In this document: piece after piece, positions 55,182 through 64,000 of the stretch
Position numbering within the stretch: the first letter of the stretch is position 1
How the letters are laid out: each line of letters starts with the position of its first letter
From: a virus
IMG/VR virus record: IMGVR_UViG_3300050821_010639
Location: 1 to 64,000 of that record
Direction: 5' to 3' (one strand)
Length of the DNA stretch: 64,000 bases
The notes under the pieces: model-generated
The model's input: the letters and a program-made list of their open reading frames with translations, nothing else
Told to the model about the DNA's origin: nothing
Database searches by the model: none
Position numbers and translations under genes: made by a program

Positions 55182-55610
55182 TCACGCGGTCAGCAGGCCC
55201 GCGCCGATGCACAGCCCGGCTGCGGCGGCGGTGATCCCGTAGCTCAGCGCCCACGCCCTCCAGCCGGCGTCCTCTCTTATCACAGCGACGGCAGAGCACA
55301 GGGCAAAGGCGGCGAGGCCACTCGCAAGGAGAGCAGCGCGTCCTGACGCAACTGCGAAAGGAAGTGCGACCAGCACTGACCCGGCAGTTGTAGCTCCACC
55401 GCACACGACCGCGCCGCCGATGCCGTCGCCCGGGTCCGACTGGTACCGGCCGCTAGCCATGCCAGGAAACGCGGCCAGGCCCCCGGACAGCCCTGCCAGC
55501 CACACGGCCAGGTGCGGCTCGCCAGCGATATACAGGGCCAGGGAAAGCCCGATGCCGGTGGTGGTGCCGTCGGCAAGGCCCATGATGGCAGCCGCACGGG
55601 GGACCCTCAC
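55182..55610 (-). CDS. VIT1/CCC1-like membrane protein
   Basis: MGLADG, GMASGRY, several TM helices. Confidence 0.55.
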   Translation of the reverse strand: MRVPRAAAIMGLADGTTTGIGLSLALYIAGEPHLAVWLAGLSGGLAAFPGMASGRYQSDPGDGIGGAVVCGGATTAGSVLVALPFAVASGRAALLASGLAAFALCSAVAVIREDAGWRAWALSYGITAAAAGLCIGAGLLTA

Positions 55611-55891
55611 TCAGGCGGCGTGAGGCCAAACAGCGACTGCATCCGGCTCAGCAGGTCCTGCAGAACGGCCTCCACCGCAGCCACCAGCTCGGGGCCGTAC
55701 TTTTCCGCGAGCGCGATGAGCTGCGACCGGTCGGTCAGGATGACCGAGAGGACCTGTGCCTCGGCGCCCTTCGCCTCAGCGAGCAGCCGCCGGGCCTCGG
55801 CCAGCGCCTCCCCGTCCAAGTCCTCGACCTTGGCCTCCACCTCGCGAAAGACCTTCTCGGCGGCCTGCTCGGCATCAGTAATTAGTGACAT
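55607..55891 (-). CDS. Helical hypothetical protein
   Basis: MSLITDAEQAAEK... Confidence 0.55.
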   Translation of the reverse strand: MSLITDAEQAAEKVFREVEAKVEDLDGEALAEARRLLAEAKGAEAQVLSVILTDRSQLIALAEKYGPELVAAVEAVLQDLLSRMQSLFGLTPPE

Positions 55892-56031
55892 GCCGGGGCA
55901 ATCGGACTCGTCCAGCACCCGCAGCAGCAAAGCCCGCTGGTCAGGGGCAAGCAGCATAAGGCCCTTCACCAGGGACACGCGGTCGTGCCTCAGCAGCTCC
56001 CGCAGGCCCATCGCGGCGCTGACGGCGGGCC

Positions 56032-56709
56032 TCACGCGGCCTCGCCGGCCGCCAGGGCGTCGGCGTCCCAGACCTGCACGCCCTGGCTGGCTGCTCCCCG
56101 CGTGACCAGCTCGGCCGCAGCCCCGGCCTCGGTGAACGGCCGGCCGGCGTCCGCGTGGTTGGCCGGCCGGGTGAACCGGCCGGGCGCGGCCGGGGCGATG
56201 ACCAGCCGGTAGGCGGGCACGGCGAACCGGCACGTGCCGGTTCCGCACGCCGTGGCGGCCGAGCACGAGAACTGCCCCGCCACGGCCCCGCAAGCGGCCA
56301 CAGAGCGGGCGACGGCACTGCGGACGGCCGAGCGCACCCCGGCGGCGTACGAGCGCTCCCTGGCCTCCGTGGCGGCCCTGGCGATGGCGACCGCGTAGCG
56401 CTCATCGCCGCCGAACGCGTCCAGGGCGTCGGCGATGTCCCGCTCGCGCGCGACGGCCAGGGCCATGGCGACAGCTTCGAGGAACGCGTTCTTGGTGACG
56501 TGGCGGCCAGCGGCGCCGGCGCGGCCGGTCTTAGGGGCCAGCCGCGCGGCGGCGAGGTAGGGCGCGGCGGCGGCGAGGTAGTCGCACCCGGCCAGCGGCG
56601 AGCCCGCGGCCCGCAGCACCGGGGCGATGGCCGACGTCCTGCTATCTCGCAGTACCTCCGCCGCGCGCAGCGCCTCAGCGAACGGCACGCGGACGCCGCC
56701 GACGATCAC
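56032..56709 (-). CDS. Ala-rich hypothetical protein
   Basis: GTG start with GAGG RBS; Cys cluster. Confidence 0.5.
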   Translation of the reverse strand: MIVGGVRVPFAEALRAAEVLRDSRTSAIAPVLRAAGSPLAGCDYLAAAAPYLAAARLAPKTGRAGAAGRHVTKNAFLEAVAMALAVARERDIADALDAFGGDERYAVAIARAATEARERSYAAGVRSAVRSAVARSVAACGAVAGQFSCSAATACGTGTCRFAVPAYRLVIAPAAPGRFTRPANHADAGRPFTEAGAAAELVTRGAASQGVQVWDADALAAGEAA

Positions 56710-57103
56710 CTCACGCGCGGCGAGCGACGGCCAGGGGGGCCCGAGGTTGGAATATAGCAGCTCGTAAGGCAAACTGGACTCGCATGCGTGTTTTAGCGCG
56801 CCAGGTGCGGTGGCGCTGGCACCGACATGACAGGCACCCGGTTCCCTCCCCGCCAGCCTCACCAGCCAGGCACGGAACCGGGTGCCTTTTAATCACGGCC
56901 CGAAGGCTCCAGCTCAACGCGGTACGGGCAAAGCGCGAGGCCAGCCGCCACCACTTACGGGCTACAGCTGGCCTCATGGTTGCCTCCTGCGGACGGAGGC
57001 GGGGACCGGGGCACCCGTCCTCCGCCGGCTCGCGCCGGGTGCGGACTAAGGCCTCTCGGGCTCTTCGGCAGAGGTTAGACCCCTGCCGGAAGAACCGTCA
57101 ATA

Positions 57104-57730
57104 TCACGTCCGGGTTGCGCGCGGGCGCGAGGTACGCTCGCGCGGCTCGCGCGCGGTGCGGCTGCCCGCTCGCGAGCGCGAGGGAACAGTACCGTACCCG
57201 CCCGCTCGCGAGCGGGCCACGGGCTTCCGGCCGGCTCGGGCCGTGCGGCCGGCTCGGGCCTGCGCCCTGGCCGGAAGCGAGAGCAGCCAGGTCCAGAGCC
57301 CGCCGCCGCGGGCGCGGGCGCCCCGGGCGGCCTTACCGCCAAGCTCGCGGGCCCGCTCGACGGCCCGCACCCGCTTGAGCGCGGCGAGGGTGCGCTTCTG
57401 AACCTGGTGAACGATTTCGCGCACGAGCTGCTGCTGGACGCGCACGTCACGAGTTTCCAGCAACTGCCGCAGCAGGGAGCGCAGCTCGGGGCCGAGCATG
57501 ACGCGCACGCCAGGAGAGTGCCGGTCGCTGTCCGGGTGCAGCCGGCCCGGGTGCTCGCGCAGGTTGACAGCGCTGTCGAGCTGCCTCACGTGCACCTGCA
57601 AGACACTGGCGCGCGTGGCGGTGCGGAGCTTGAGCACCTGCCTGGCAAGGTGCCGGGCGTGCCGTGGCAGCCGGCGGTGGTGCGGGTGCCCTCCGGGCAC
57701 GCGCTCCGGGTGCGGGTTGGGAAGGGACAA
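57104..57730 (-). CDS. Basic hypothetical protein
   Basis: Follows the coupling-protein gene; frame ambiguous at 3' end. Confidence 0.45.
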   Translation of the reverse strand: MSLPNPHPERVPGGHPHHRRLPRHARHLARQVLKLRTATRASVLQVHVRQLDSAVNLREHPGRLHPDSDRHSPGVRVMLGPELRSLLRQLLETRDVRVQQQLVREIVHQVQKRTLAALKRVRAVERARELGGKAARGARARGGGLWTWLLSLPARAQARAGRTARAGRKPVARSRAGGYGTVPSRSRAGSRTAREPRERTSRPRATRT

Positions 57731-57733
57731 GGC

Positions 57734-59500
57734 TTACTCCTCTGTAGTGTCGGCCGGGGCAGGGGGCTCCGGCGCGTCCGGGTGAAGCGTGAGGCGATCG
57801 GGGAATCGCGCCCCCGGCTCCGGTTCGTCGGTAATGACGACTTCCTGGTGAGCGGGGTGCTCCCAGACGGGCGTGATGCGGACCTGGACAGGCTTGGCGT
57901 TGCGCTGGATGACCAGGGCGTTGAACAGGGGAAGCTGGCGGATGCGCTCCGGCGGGAAGGTGCGCTCCTTAGTGCGGACCCTGGCGCCGCCCTCCTTGTG
58001 CCAGGAGTCGTGCTCACCGCAGATGACAGCCAGCCGCTCCAGGGTGGCCGTGCTGGTGAAGCCGCCGGCGATGACCTTGGTCGACAGCATTTCGAGGATG
58101 GTCTCCGCCTCGGCGGGGCCGCCCCACCCGGTCTCGATCTGGCTGACCGCCTGGAAGCCGGCCACCACCGTGATGTTGTAGCCGGCCGTGACCGCGAGCC
58201 ACCGCTTGAAGTCGATCCTCGCGGTGGTGGCGGCCTCATCGGCGGCTACCAGCAGCGGCATCCTCAGCCGGCCGCCCTGCTGCTCAGCCAAGATGCGGGC
58301 CTGCTCCATGAACTCAGTGACAAACGCCGAGAAGAACGGGGTGAGCGAGCCGTAGGGCCGCTCGGCGCCGATGAGGTAGACAGTCCCGTTCCCCTGGCGC
58401 AGGAACTCCGCGATGCCGAGCCCCTGGCCCGGCCGCGGGCACGCCACCGCGGCCAGCTGCGGGTCGTCCATCCAGCCAAGTGCCGCCTCAGCGGAGGAGA
58501 CGGCGGCGGACAGCAGGTCGCCCTCCATCGCCAGCATCGACTCCAGCCCGTCGGCCCAGCCGGGGGCGGCGCGCTCGCCGCGCAGGGCCTTGGCGAACGC
58601 CTCGGCCTCCGGGTTCAGCACCCAGGCCCGCACGTCGAACATGCTGCCGCCGGTCAGGGCGGCAGCGTGCAGGGCCCAGCGCAGCAGCTTCGCGCCGCGG
58701 TCCTCGTGCCACCTGTCCTTGCCGCCCGGGTCTTTCGGCGAGGCGTCCATGAAGTCGCCCGCGCGGCGCATCGCCACCGCCGGGTCGCGGCAGTCGTCCA
58801 CCGGCGACCAGGAGAACGTGGTGCCGGGACCGTAGCCGTCAGCGTCAAGCGTGAGCACCGGGCCCAGCTTCTCGCGCTCGGTGACGGTGTGCCGGTACTG
58901 GTCACCGCGGGAAGAGGTGGCGAGCACCGGGCCGGGCGCGTCGAGAATCCAGCCGGAGATGAGCGCGGTCTTGATGGACTGCGGCACGCCGAAGACGCCG
59001 ACCGACTCCGCGCGAGAGACGGCGACGGCCTGGTGCGGCCGGTGCACGGTGTACCCGAGCGACAGGTACGACCGCTCGGCGGGCAGGCCGGGGGCGAGCC
59101 GGGCCATCTTCTTCGCCGCGAACGCGGGAGACAGTGCCTGGTGCACCTCCAGCGGGTTCGCCTCGCCCTGGTACTTGCGGCGGCGGCGCTGCGCGGCGTA
59201 GCCGCCCCGGAGGTACCACGACCAGCCCTCCCAGGCGCGCTGGGTGACGTGGTAGGCGCATGCGCCTACCACCGCGAGGTCGTACATCGGGTTGACGCCG
59301 AGCAGCGCGCAGGTACCGAGCCCGGCCGCAGCGGCGACCCCGTACCCGCCGCCGTTGACGACAAGGGCACGGCCGACCGAGGCCAGCGAGCGGTTCAGCG
59401 CGCTGTCGGTGACAGCCAGCCTGCCCGGGTCAGGCAGGTCCCGCCCCGCCGCGCCCTCAATGTCACCCGAGAAGACGGTCATCTTGCTGAGCGCGCTCAC
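57734..59500 (-). CDS. VirD4/TraG-like type IV coupling protein
   Basis: N-terminal TM, GVPQSIKT, VLATSSRGD, WSPV, AADEAA, GFQAVSQI. Confidence 0.8.
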   Translation of the reverse strand: MSALSKMTVFSGDIEGAAGRDLPDPGRLAVTDSALNRSLASVGRALVVNGGGYGVAAAAGLGTCALLGVNPMYDLAVVGACAYHVTQRAWEGWSWYLRGGYAAQRRRRKYQGEANPLEVHQALSPAFAAKKMARLAPGLPAERSYLSLGYTVHRPHQAVAVSRAESVGVFGVPQSIKTALISGWILDAPGPVLATSSRGDQYRHTVTEREKLGPVLTLDADGYGPGTTFSWSPVDDCRDPAVAMRRAGDFMDASPKDPGGKDRWHEDRGAKLLRWALHAAALTGGSMFDVRAWVLNPEAEAFAKALRGERAAPGWADGLESMLAMEGDLLSAAVSSAEAALGWMDDPQLAAVACPRPGQGLGIAEFLRQGNGTVYLIGAERPYGSLTPFFSAFVTEFMEQARILAEQQGGRLRMPLLVAADEAATTARIDFKRWLAVTAGYNITVVAGFQAVSQIETGWGGPAEAETILEMLSTKVIAGGFTSTATLERLAVICGEHDSWHKEGGARVRTKERTFPPERIRQLPLFNALVIQRNAKPVQVRITPVWEHPAHQEVVITDEPEPGARFPDRLTLHPDAPEPPAPADTTEE

Positions 59501-59718
59501 CGGGACCCCCGGCGGCGCTGGGCGGCGCGCGAGCGCCGGTGCGGCCGGCCGCCCTCGTCAGGGACGTCCCAGAAGTCCTGCCGCGCCGTGAGCCGCTTGG
59601 CCTGCAGCCGCTGACGGCGGTTGCGGTCGCCAGCGGAGCGCGAGCGGTCGCCGCTTTCAGCCATGAGTGTGCCCCTCCCTGTACTCGGTTGCCCTCTTGT
59701 CCCGAGTTTAGAGAGTTA

Positions 59719-59734
59719 CTTGACCAGAGTCAAG
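59719..59734. promoter_or_regulatory. Palindrome CTTGACCAGAGTCAAG
   Basis: Intergenic copy of recurring operator. Confidence 0.65.
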
Positions 59735-60145
59735 TCAGGAACGGAGAATCTCGTCCCCGTTCACGGCCCACCACGTACCGAGCACGGGCGCCAGGGAGTG
59801 CCCGGGGCGCAGAGGGTAAACCTGTACCCGGCCGGCCACCTGGTCCTCACAGGGCGGCAGGACCAGTTGCACCTCGTCGCCAGGCCACAGCTCCGCCATC
59901 CCGAACGGGTCACCGTACTTCTCCGCCAGGCACCGCCAGGCGTCCCCGGTCACCGCCAGCGCCCCGATTCCCGGGCGACGGGCCGGCGCGGTAACGACAG
60001 CGAAGAACCCGCCGTCCCAGGTCTGCCACACTCGCAACCGGGTCCCTTCGGGCAGCCAGGGCCTCCACGGCTGCCGGTCGAGTACCCGCTCGCCCAGCGC
60101 GGGCAGCCACAGGCCGCTGTGCCGGCGGGGCAGCGGCTCAGGCAC
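59735..60145 (-). CDS. Hypothetical protein
   Basis: 136-aa ORF. Confidence 0.5.
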   Translation of the reverse strand: MPEPLPRRHSGLWLPALGERVLDRQPWRPWLPEGTRLRVWQTWDGGFFAVVTAPARRPGIGALAVTGDAWRCLAEKYGDPFGMAELWPGDEVQLVLPPCEDQVAGRVQVYPLRPGHSLAPVLGTWWAVNGDEILRS

Positions 60146-60539
60146 CGGCAGCCTCCACGACCAGCTCGGCAGTGGTGGTGACGGTCACCTTGTGGCCGGT
60201 CTCCCGGCTGTGCTGCCAGGCCAGGTCGCGAATCTCAGCCAGGGCCCCGGGGTCGTCGCTGACCTCAGTGCGGTGCAGGGCACAGCCCGAGCACCGCATC
60301 ACCGCGGGCAACTTGGTGAACGACTTCTTGACCCTGTGGAGCTTAGCCTCCTGCTTCGCCCGCCAGGCCGGAACCCAGTCCGGCACGTGACCCGGGCAGA
60401 ACGCCCCCTCGGCCTTGCTGTGGAACCAGCCCTCGCGGTCCGCTGCCATGGCGTCCCACCGGCTGCCCGGGTGGCTGGCCGTGCAGCCCAGGTCCGCACG
60501 GCGCGCGCAGTAGACGGGGTTCTCGGACGCGTGGCTCAC
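60138..60539 (-). CDS. Cys/His-containing hypothetical protein
   Basis: 133-aa ORF. Confidence 0.55.
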   Translation of the reverse strand: MSHASENPVYCARRADLGCTASHPGSRWDAMAADREGWFHSKAEGAFCPGHVPDWVPAWRAKQEAKLHRVKKSFTKLPAVMRCSGCALHRTEVSDDPGALAEIRDLAWQHSRETGHKVTVTTTAELVVEAAGA

Positions 60540-60826
60540 CGCTTCACCAGCGTCCCGTTCGGCAGCGCGGTGTACGCCCTGGCCTCGTTGACCGCCAGCT
60601 TGGCGTCCACCGCCGCGTCCAGGTCGACGCCCGTCATCTGCGCGAGGCCGTACAGGTACACCGCGACGTCAGCCAGCTCGGCGCCGAGGCCCGCGCCTCC
60701 CGTTCGCCACGCGGCGAACGCCTCGGCGACCTCGCCCTGCAGCAGGCAGAACTCCAACGGGACGTCCGAGGTGTTGAAGCCGTGCGCGACCTTGTTGCCC
60801 CACACGCGCTGCTGGACGCCAGTCAC
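60536..60826 (-). CDS. MazG-like NTP pyrophosphatase
   Basis: LLQGEVAEA...ELADVAVYL...KLAVNEARAY. Confidence 0.8.
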   Translation of the reverse strand: MTGVQQRVWGNKVAHGFNTSDVPLEFCLLQGEVAEAFAAWRTGGAGLGAELADVAVYLYGLAQMTGVDLDAAVDAKLAVNEARAYTALPNGTLVKR

Positions 60827-60829
60827 CTG

Positions 60830-61255
60830 TCACCGCTCCCGGCGCCAGACGTCCAGGCCGTCAAGGGCCTCGCCGGTCTTCGTGTAGCCGTTCGTGGTGT
60901 CGCCGACGGCGGCGCGGGCCATGAAATTGGTCTCCGGCACCTTCATGGCCCCGGACGGGTCCTCCGCCCACGCCTCACGGCCGGTGTACTCCCCTAGCCA
61001 CTCCTGCCAGGCTTCGGGTGTGCGCAGCCGCTCGGCGCGGTCGACGCGCCCGAAGTCCTCGGCGGTGGCCGGGGGCAGCTCGAAGACCCGGCCGATGAAC
61101 GGCTCGGGCCACTGCTCGATGTCGACCGGGTGCTCACCCGTAGGACTGCTGAGCAGCAGCCGCCCTCGGCGAGACGACCCGTCAGCCTCCCGGTGCCGGA
61201 AGTCGTCAAGGGCCCGCTGCTGCTCAGCCGGGGTTAGTCCTCCTTCAGGTGCCAC
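60830..61255 (-). CDS. Hypothetical protein
   Basis: GTG start. Confidence 0.5.
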   Translation of the reverse strand: MAPEGGLTPAEQQRALDDFRHREADGSSRRGRLLLSSPTGEHPVDIEQWPEPFIGRVFELPPATAEDFGRVDRAERLRTPEAWQEWLGEYTGREAWAEDPSGAMKVPETNFMARAAVGDTTNGYTKTGEALDGLDVWRRER

Positions 61256-61536
61256 GTCATCACCTTCCCGTCCTCCACCCAGCGCCCGTAGGAGTGCGCG
61301 GGCACGCAGTAGTTCCAGGGGATGCGCCTGCTGATGCCACGCGTCAGCACCACGCCGGCCTCGGCACCGCAAGAGTGCTCGGCCGGGCCGCGGTACCGGC
61401 ACTTCTTGCCGGGCTCGGCGACGCCCCACTCGGAACCCTCCTGCACGGCCTCCCAGTGGTGCCCGGCTTCCGCCGCGTGCGGCGGCTCCGGCCGGGTGAA
61501 CCCGCCCGTCACGGTGACGGCAGCGTCGTTGCTCAA
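61234..61536 (-). CDS. Hypothetical protein
   Basis: AGGAGG RBS, TTG start. Confidence 0.55.
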   Translation of the reverse strand: MSNDAAVTVTGGFTRPEPPHAAEAGHHWEAVQEGSEWGVAEPGKKCRYRGPAEHSCGAEAGVVLTRGISRRIPWNYCVPAHSYGRWVEDGKVMTWHLKED

Positions 61537-61554
61537 GTGAGCCTCCTATTTTTA

Positions 61555-61570
61555 CTTGACCAGAGTCTAG
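61555..61570. promoter_or_regulatory. Palindrome variant CTTGACCAGAGTCTAG
   Basis: Copy of recurring operator at a gene boundary. Confidence 0.55.
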
Positions 61571-61929
61571 TGTTTCCCGTTACCCTCGTCAACAGCGCCG
61601 GGACTGCCGACGACCATCAGCTTCAGCCGTCGCAGGGGCACGCCGCAACGCGGGCAGGGCGGCACCTCGTCGCCGTCTACGTCGTCCCACCAGCACGACG
61701 CGCCAGCCTCGGAGCAGGGCTTGCAGCGCAGCAGCCTGAAGACTTCCTTGCGGCCCTGCACGCGGCGCTCCAGTTCAGCCTCGGCGCAGGGCCTGGCGGT
61801 CACCGGGCTGGCGTGCACGTGCGCGCAGGTCCAGGTCGGCCTTGCCCGGGGACCGGGGCGCAGCGCGCCATGCCAGCCGCCGGCAGCCCCCTTGATGCCG
61901 ACGTAGCCGGCGACCAGGTCAGCGCTCAC
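61567..61929 (-). CDS. Zinc-finger hypothetical protein
   Basis: CxHxH and two CxxC. Confidence 0.5.
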   Translation of the reverse strand: MSADLVAGYVGIKGAAGGWHGALRPGPRARPTWTCAHVHASPVTARPCAEAELERRVQGRKEVFRLLRCKPCSEAGASCWWDDVDGDEVPPCPRCGVPLRRLKLMVVGSPGAVDEGNGKH

Positions 61930-62308
61930 GGGAAGCCTCGCGCCGCGCCAGCTCGGCCATCGCGCAGGCACGGGCCTCGTCCTTGCGGGCGTACTCGTCC
62001 AGGCAGCGCCACACGATCCGCCGGCTGGCGGAAAAGCGCGGGTCGTCCGGCGCGTCGGCCAGCAGGGCCAGCCAGTACCCGCCGTTCAGGGCCGGGGCCG
62101 GGAACAGCAGGCTAGGCGGCGGGGCCTCGCCGTACCCGGCGGTACGGACCATCACCCCGCCGCCCTCAACGGACTCGAAGGTCACCAGGGACAGGCACAG
62201 GCTGCCATTCGGGTGCTCTAGCCACGCCTGGAGCCGCTGGCGCTCAGCGAGGGACAGGCAGGCGGCGTGCTCACCCACGGAGAGCCTCCGCCGTGTCGGT
62301 CTCGTCAA
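61919..62308 (-). CDS. Hypothetical protein
   Basis: Operonic ORF. Confidence 0.5.
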   Translation of the reverse strand: MTRPTRRRLSVGEHAACLSLAERQRLQAWLEHPNGSLCLSLVTFESVEGGGVMVRTAGYGEAPPPSLLFPAPALNGGYWLALLADAPDDPRFSASRRIVWRCLDEYARKDEARACAMAELARREASRER

Positions 62309-62561
62309 AGAACGGGGGCAGGCCCTGCTCCTCGCGCATCACGTTCAGCGCGCGGGCGCACACCGGGCAGTACGGCGCCTTCCGCACCCGGGCCAGCGCC
62401 CCGGCCGAGGGCTCGAAGCGGTTCCCGTGCTCGTCCACGTCAACCGGGCGCTCGGTCACCGGGTCGATAAGGACCGTCGGCACCCTGTCCGGGTCGAAAG
62501 CGAAGATCCCGCCGTGCACGAAGCACGGGCCGAGCGCGACGGTGACAGCGGGCTCGCTCAC
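62271..62561 (-). CDS. Hypothetical protein
   Basis: CxxH...CPVC. Confidence 0.55.
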   Translation of the reverse strand: MSEPAVTVALGPCFVHGGIFAFDPDRVPTVLIDPVTERPVDVDEHGNRFEPSAGALARVRKAPYCPVCARALNVMREEQGLPPFFDETDTAEALRG

Positions 62562-63136
62562 AGGGTGTCCCGCCAGTCGCCGGTTTCCCGGGCCTGTGCC
62601 GTGAGCGGCCTGGAGCCGGACAGGCCCGCGGACTCGAAAGCCACCTGGATGGCCGTCAGGGCCTTAGCCAGGTCGCTCACGGTGCTCAGGCGGCCCCGGG
62701 CCTCGTCGGCTGACATCATGCCGAGGCGGACGGCCTCGGACATCTCCCCGGTCGCCGAGACAGCGCGGCTAAGGGCCTCGTCCCGCACCCGGGCCCCGCA
62801 GTCAGCGGCCTCGCCGGGAGCCGGAACCCCGGTGCGGCGGGGAAGAGCGGACTTCCCCGCCGCCCAGGCCGGGACCGGGGAGGTGCCAGGACCGCGCGCG
62901 GGCAGGCCGGGCACCCTCGCCTTCTCCGGCCGCCGCGGGGCCGGCCTCAGCGCGGCGGCGCGGCGGCGCGCGCAGATGGCGCGCAGCAGCCGGCGGTACC
63001 GCCGGCCGGCCAGGAGGATGAGCGGGAGCCGCAGCAGCTCCGGGGCCGTCAGGTACCGGTACCAGGGCCGGGCCACGGCCAGGTGGACCACCCAGAAGAA
63101 GAAAACGATGACGGCCAGGCCGAGGAACGTGCTCAC
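62558..63136 (-). CDS. Membrane-anchored hypothetical protein
   Basis: N-terminal TM. Confidence 0.5.
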   Translation of the reverse strand: MSTFLGLAVIVFFFWVVHLAVARPWYRYLTAPELLRLPLILLAGRRYRRLLRAICARRRAAALRPAPRRPEKARVPGLPARGPGTSPVPAWAAGKSALPRRTGVPAPGEAADCGARVRDEALSRAVSATGEMSEAVRLGMMSADEARGRLSTVSDLAKALTAIQVAFESAGLSGSRPLTAQARETGDWRDTL

Positions 63137-63681
63137 GAGGCGTCCAGCATGGCGATGACGCGCTCCAGGGCCTCGGTGTCCCGGTGAGCCATGCCGCCCG
63201 GCTCGCCCTCCCGGGCTGCCAGCAAGCCGACCAGGTGGCCGCGGGCAGCCTCCGCCGCGGCGGAGGCATCCGGGCCGTCCTCGCAGCGCAGGTAGTAGCC
63301 GGCCGCGTGCGCGGCGTTCACCAGGTCGACAGCCGAGCGGGGCAGCTGGCCGGGGTGGTACTCCCAGTTGACGTCCCCCAGGTCCCGCGCCCGCCGACGC
63401 AGCTCCTCCAGGCGGGGAGCCAGGCCGCCTGCGGCGGCGAAGAGCGCCGGCCGGTCAGCCGGGGCGACCCGGACGCGGGTCTCGGAGTTGCCGCGCGCGA
63501 AGCAGAGGTCGACGTCCTCGGGGTAGTCCTGGTTCGGCCGGGCGTAGATCCGGTCCTGGGGGCCGCCCGAGGACGGCAGGGCCAAGCCGGGCCCGTCGTA
63601 CGGGAGCGGCTGGCCGCCGGCTACCTGCATCGGGCTCCGGCGCAGGTGCCGCCTCCCGTTGCCTGGTCCCATGTGGTCCAT
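63133..63681 (-). CDS. Hypothetical protein
   Basis: 182-aa ORF. Confidence 0.55.
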   Translation of the reverse strand: MDHMGPGNGRRHLRRSPMQVAGGQPLPYDGPGLALPSSGGPQDRIYARPNQDYPEDVDLCFARGNSETRVRVAPADRPALFAAAGGLAPRLEELRRRARDLGDVNWEYHPGQLPRSAVDLVNAAHAAGYYLRCEDGPDASAAAEAARGHLVGLLAAREGEPGGMAHRDTEALERVIAMLDAS

Positions 63682-63754
63682 CGTGCCTGCCCTTCACTAG
63701 GGTTCCGGGGAAAGAGTAAGCCCCGCCAGCTGACAGTCCCAGCGTAGCGGGGCT

Positions 63755-63770
63755 TTTGACTTGAGTCAAG
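63755..63770. promoter_or_regulatory. Palindrome variant TTTGACTTGAGTCAAG
   Basis: Intergenic copy of recurring operator. Confidence 0.55.
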
Positions 63771-63773
63771 AGA

Positions 63774-64000
63774 ATCAGGAGTAGGCCAGGTCGCTGGCCC
63801 TGTCGTAGACGCGCCGGCGCAGCGCGTCAGGGTCGCCCCCGAGCCGGCGCACCTCCTCCGCCAGCCGGCTGGCGACCGCCAGGGCGGCCACGAAGGTCTC
63901 GCCGGGAGCCTCCTCGCCCATGGCCAGCAGCTGCTCCGTGCCCAGGCTGCCGCCCTCGTAGGCGGTCAGGCCGGCCAGCGCGGTCAGCAGCGCCTGGCTC
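63774..64000 (-). CDS. C-terminal part of a hypothetical protein
   Basis: Open frame from the window end to a stop at 63774. Confidence 0.5.

Overview
High-GC segment of a large actinobacterial phage or phage-plasmid, almost entirely minus-strand. Phage identity rests on a terminase large subunit, a GH25 endolysin and a self-contained replication/recombination set (family A polymerase, beta clamp, gamma/tau, delta- and delta'-like subunits, DnaB, RecA, RuvC-like, SSB-like, Mre11 and a split Rad50). Other genes include a FliA/WhiG-like sigma factor, ribosomal protein L7/L12, glycosyltransferases, a radical SAM enzyme, three MazG-like proteins and a VirD4-like coupling protein. The most notable part is 0.5-8.8 kb. 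It holds 35 tRNA genes covering all 20 amino acids, preceded by a sigma70-type promoter, a 38-aa leader peptide containing all 20 amino acids, and overlapping terminator/antiterminator hairpins. I interpret this as a pan-amino-acid attenuator. The array also has rRNA-operon-like boxB/boxA and a perfect 17-bp leader-trailer complement, and contains three circularly permuted anticodon-less tRNA mimics. Downstream lies a TROVE-like/TerD protein gene followed by four tandem Y-RNA-like ncRNAs sharing a bulged stem. A CTTGAC-N4-GTCAAG palindrome marks many promoters. All calls were made by eye with no database searches; coordinates of RNAs and adjusted start codons may be off by a few nt.
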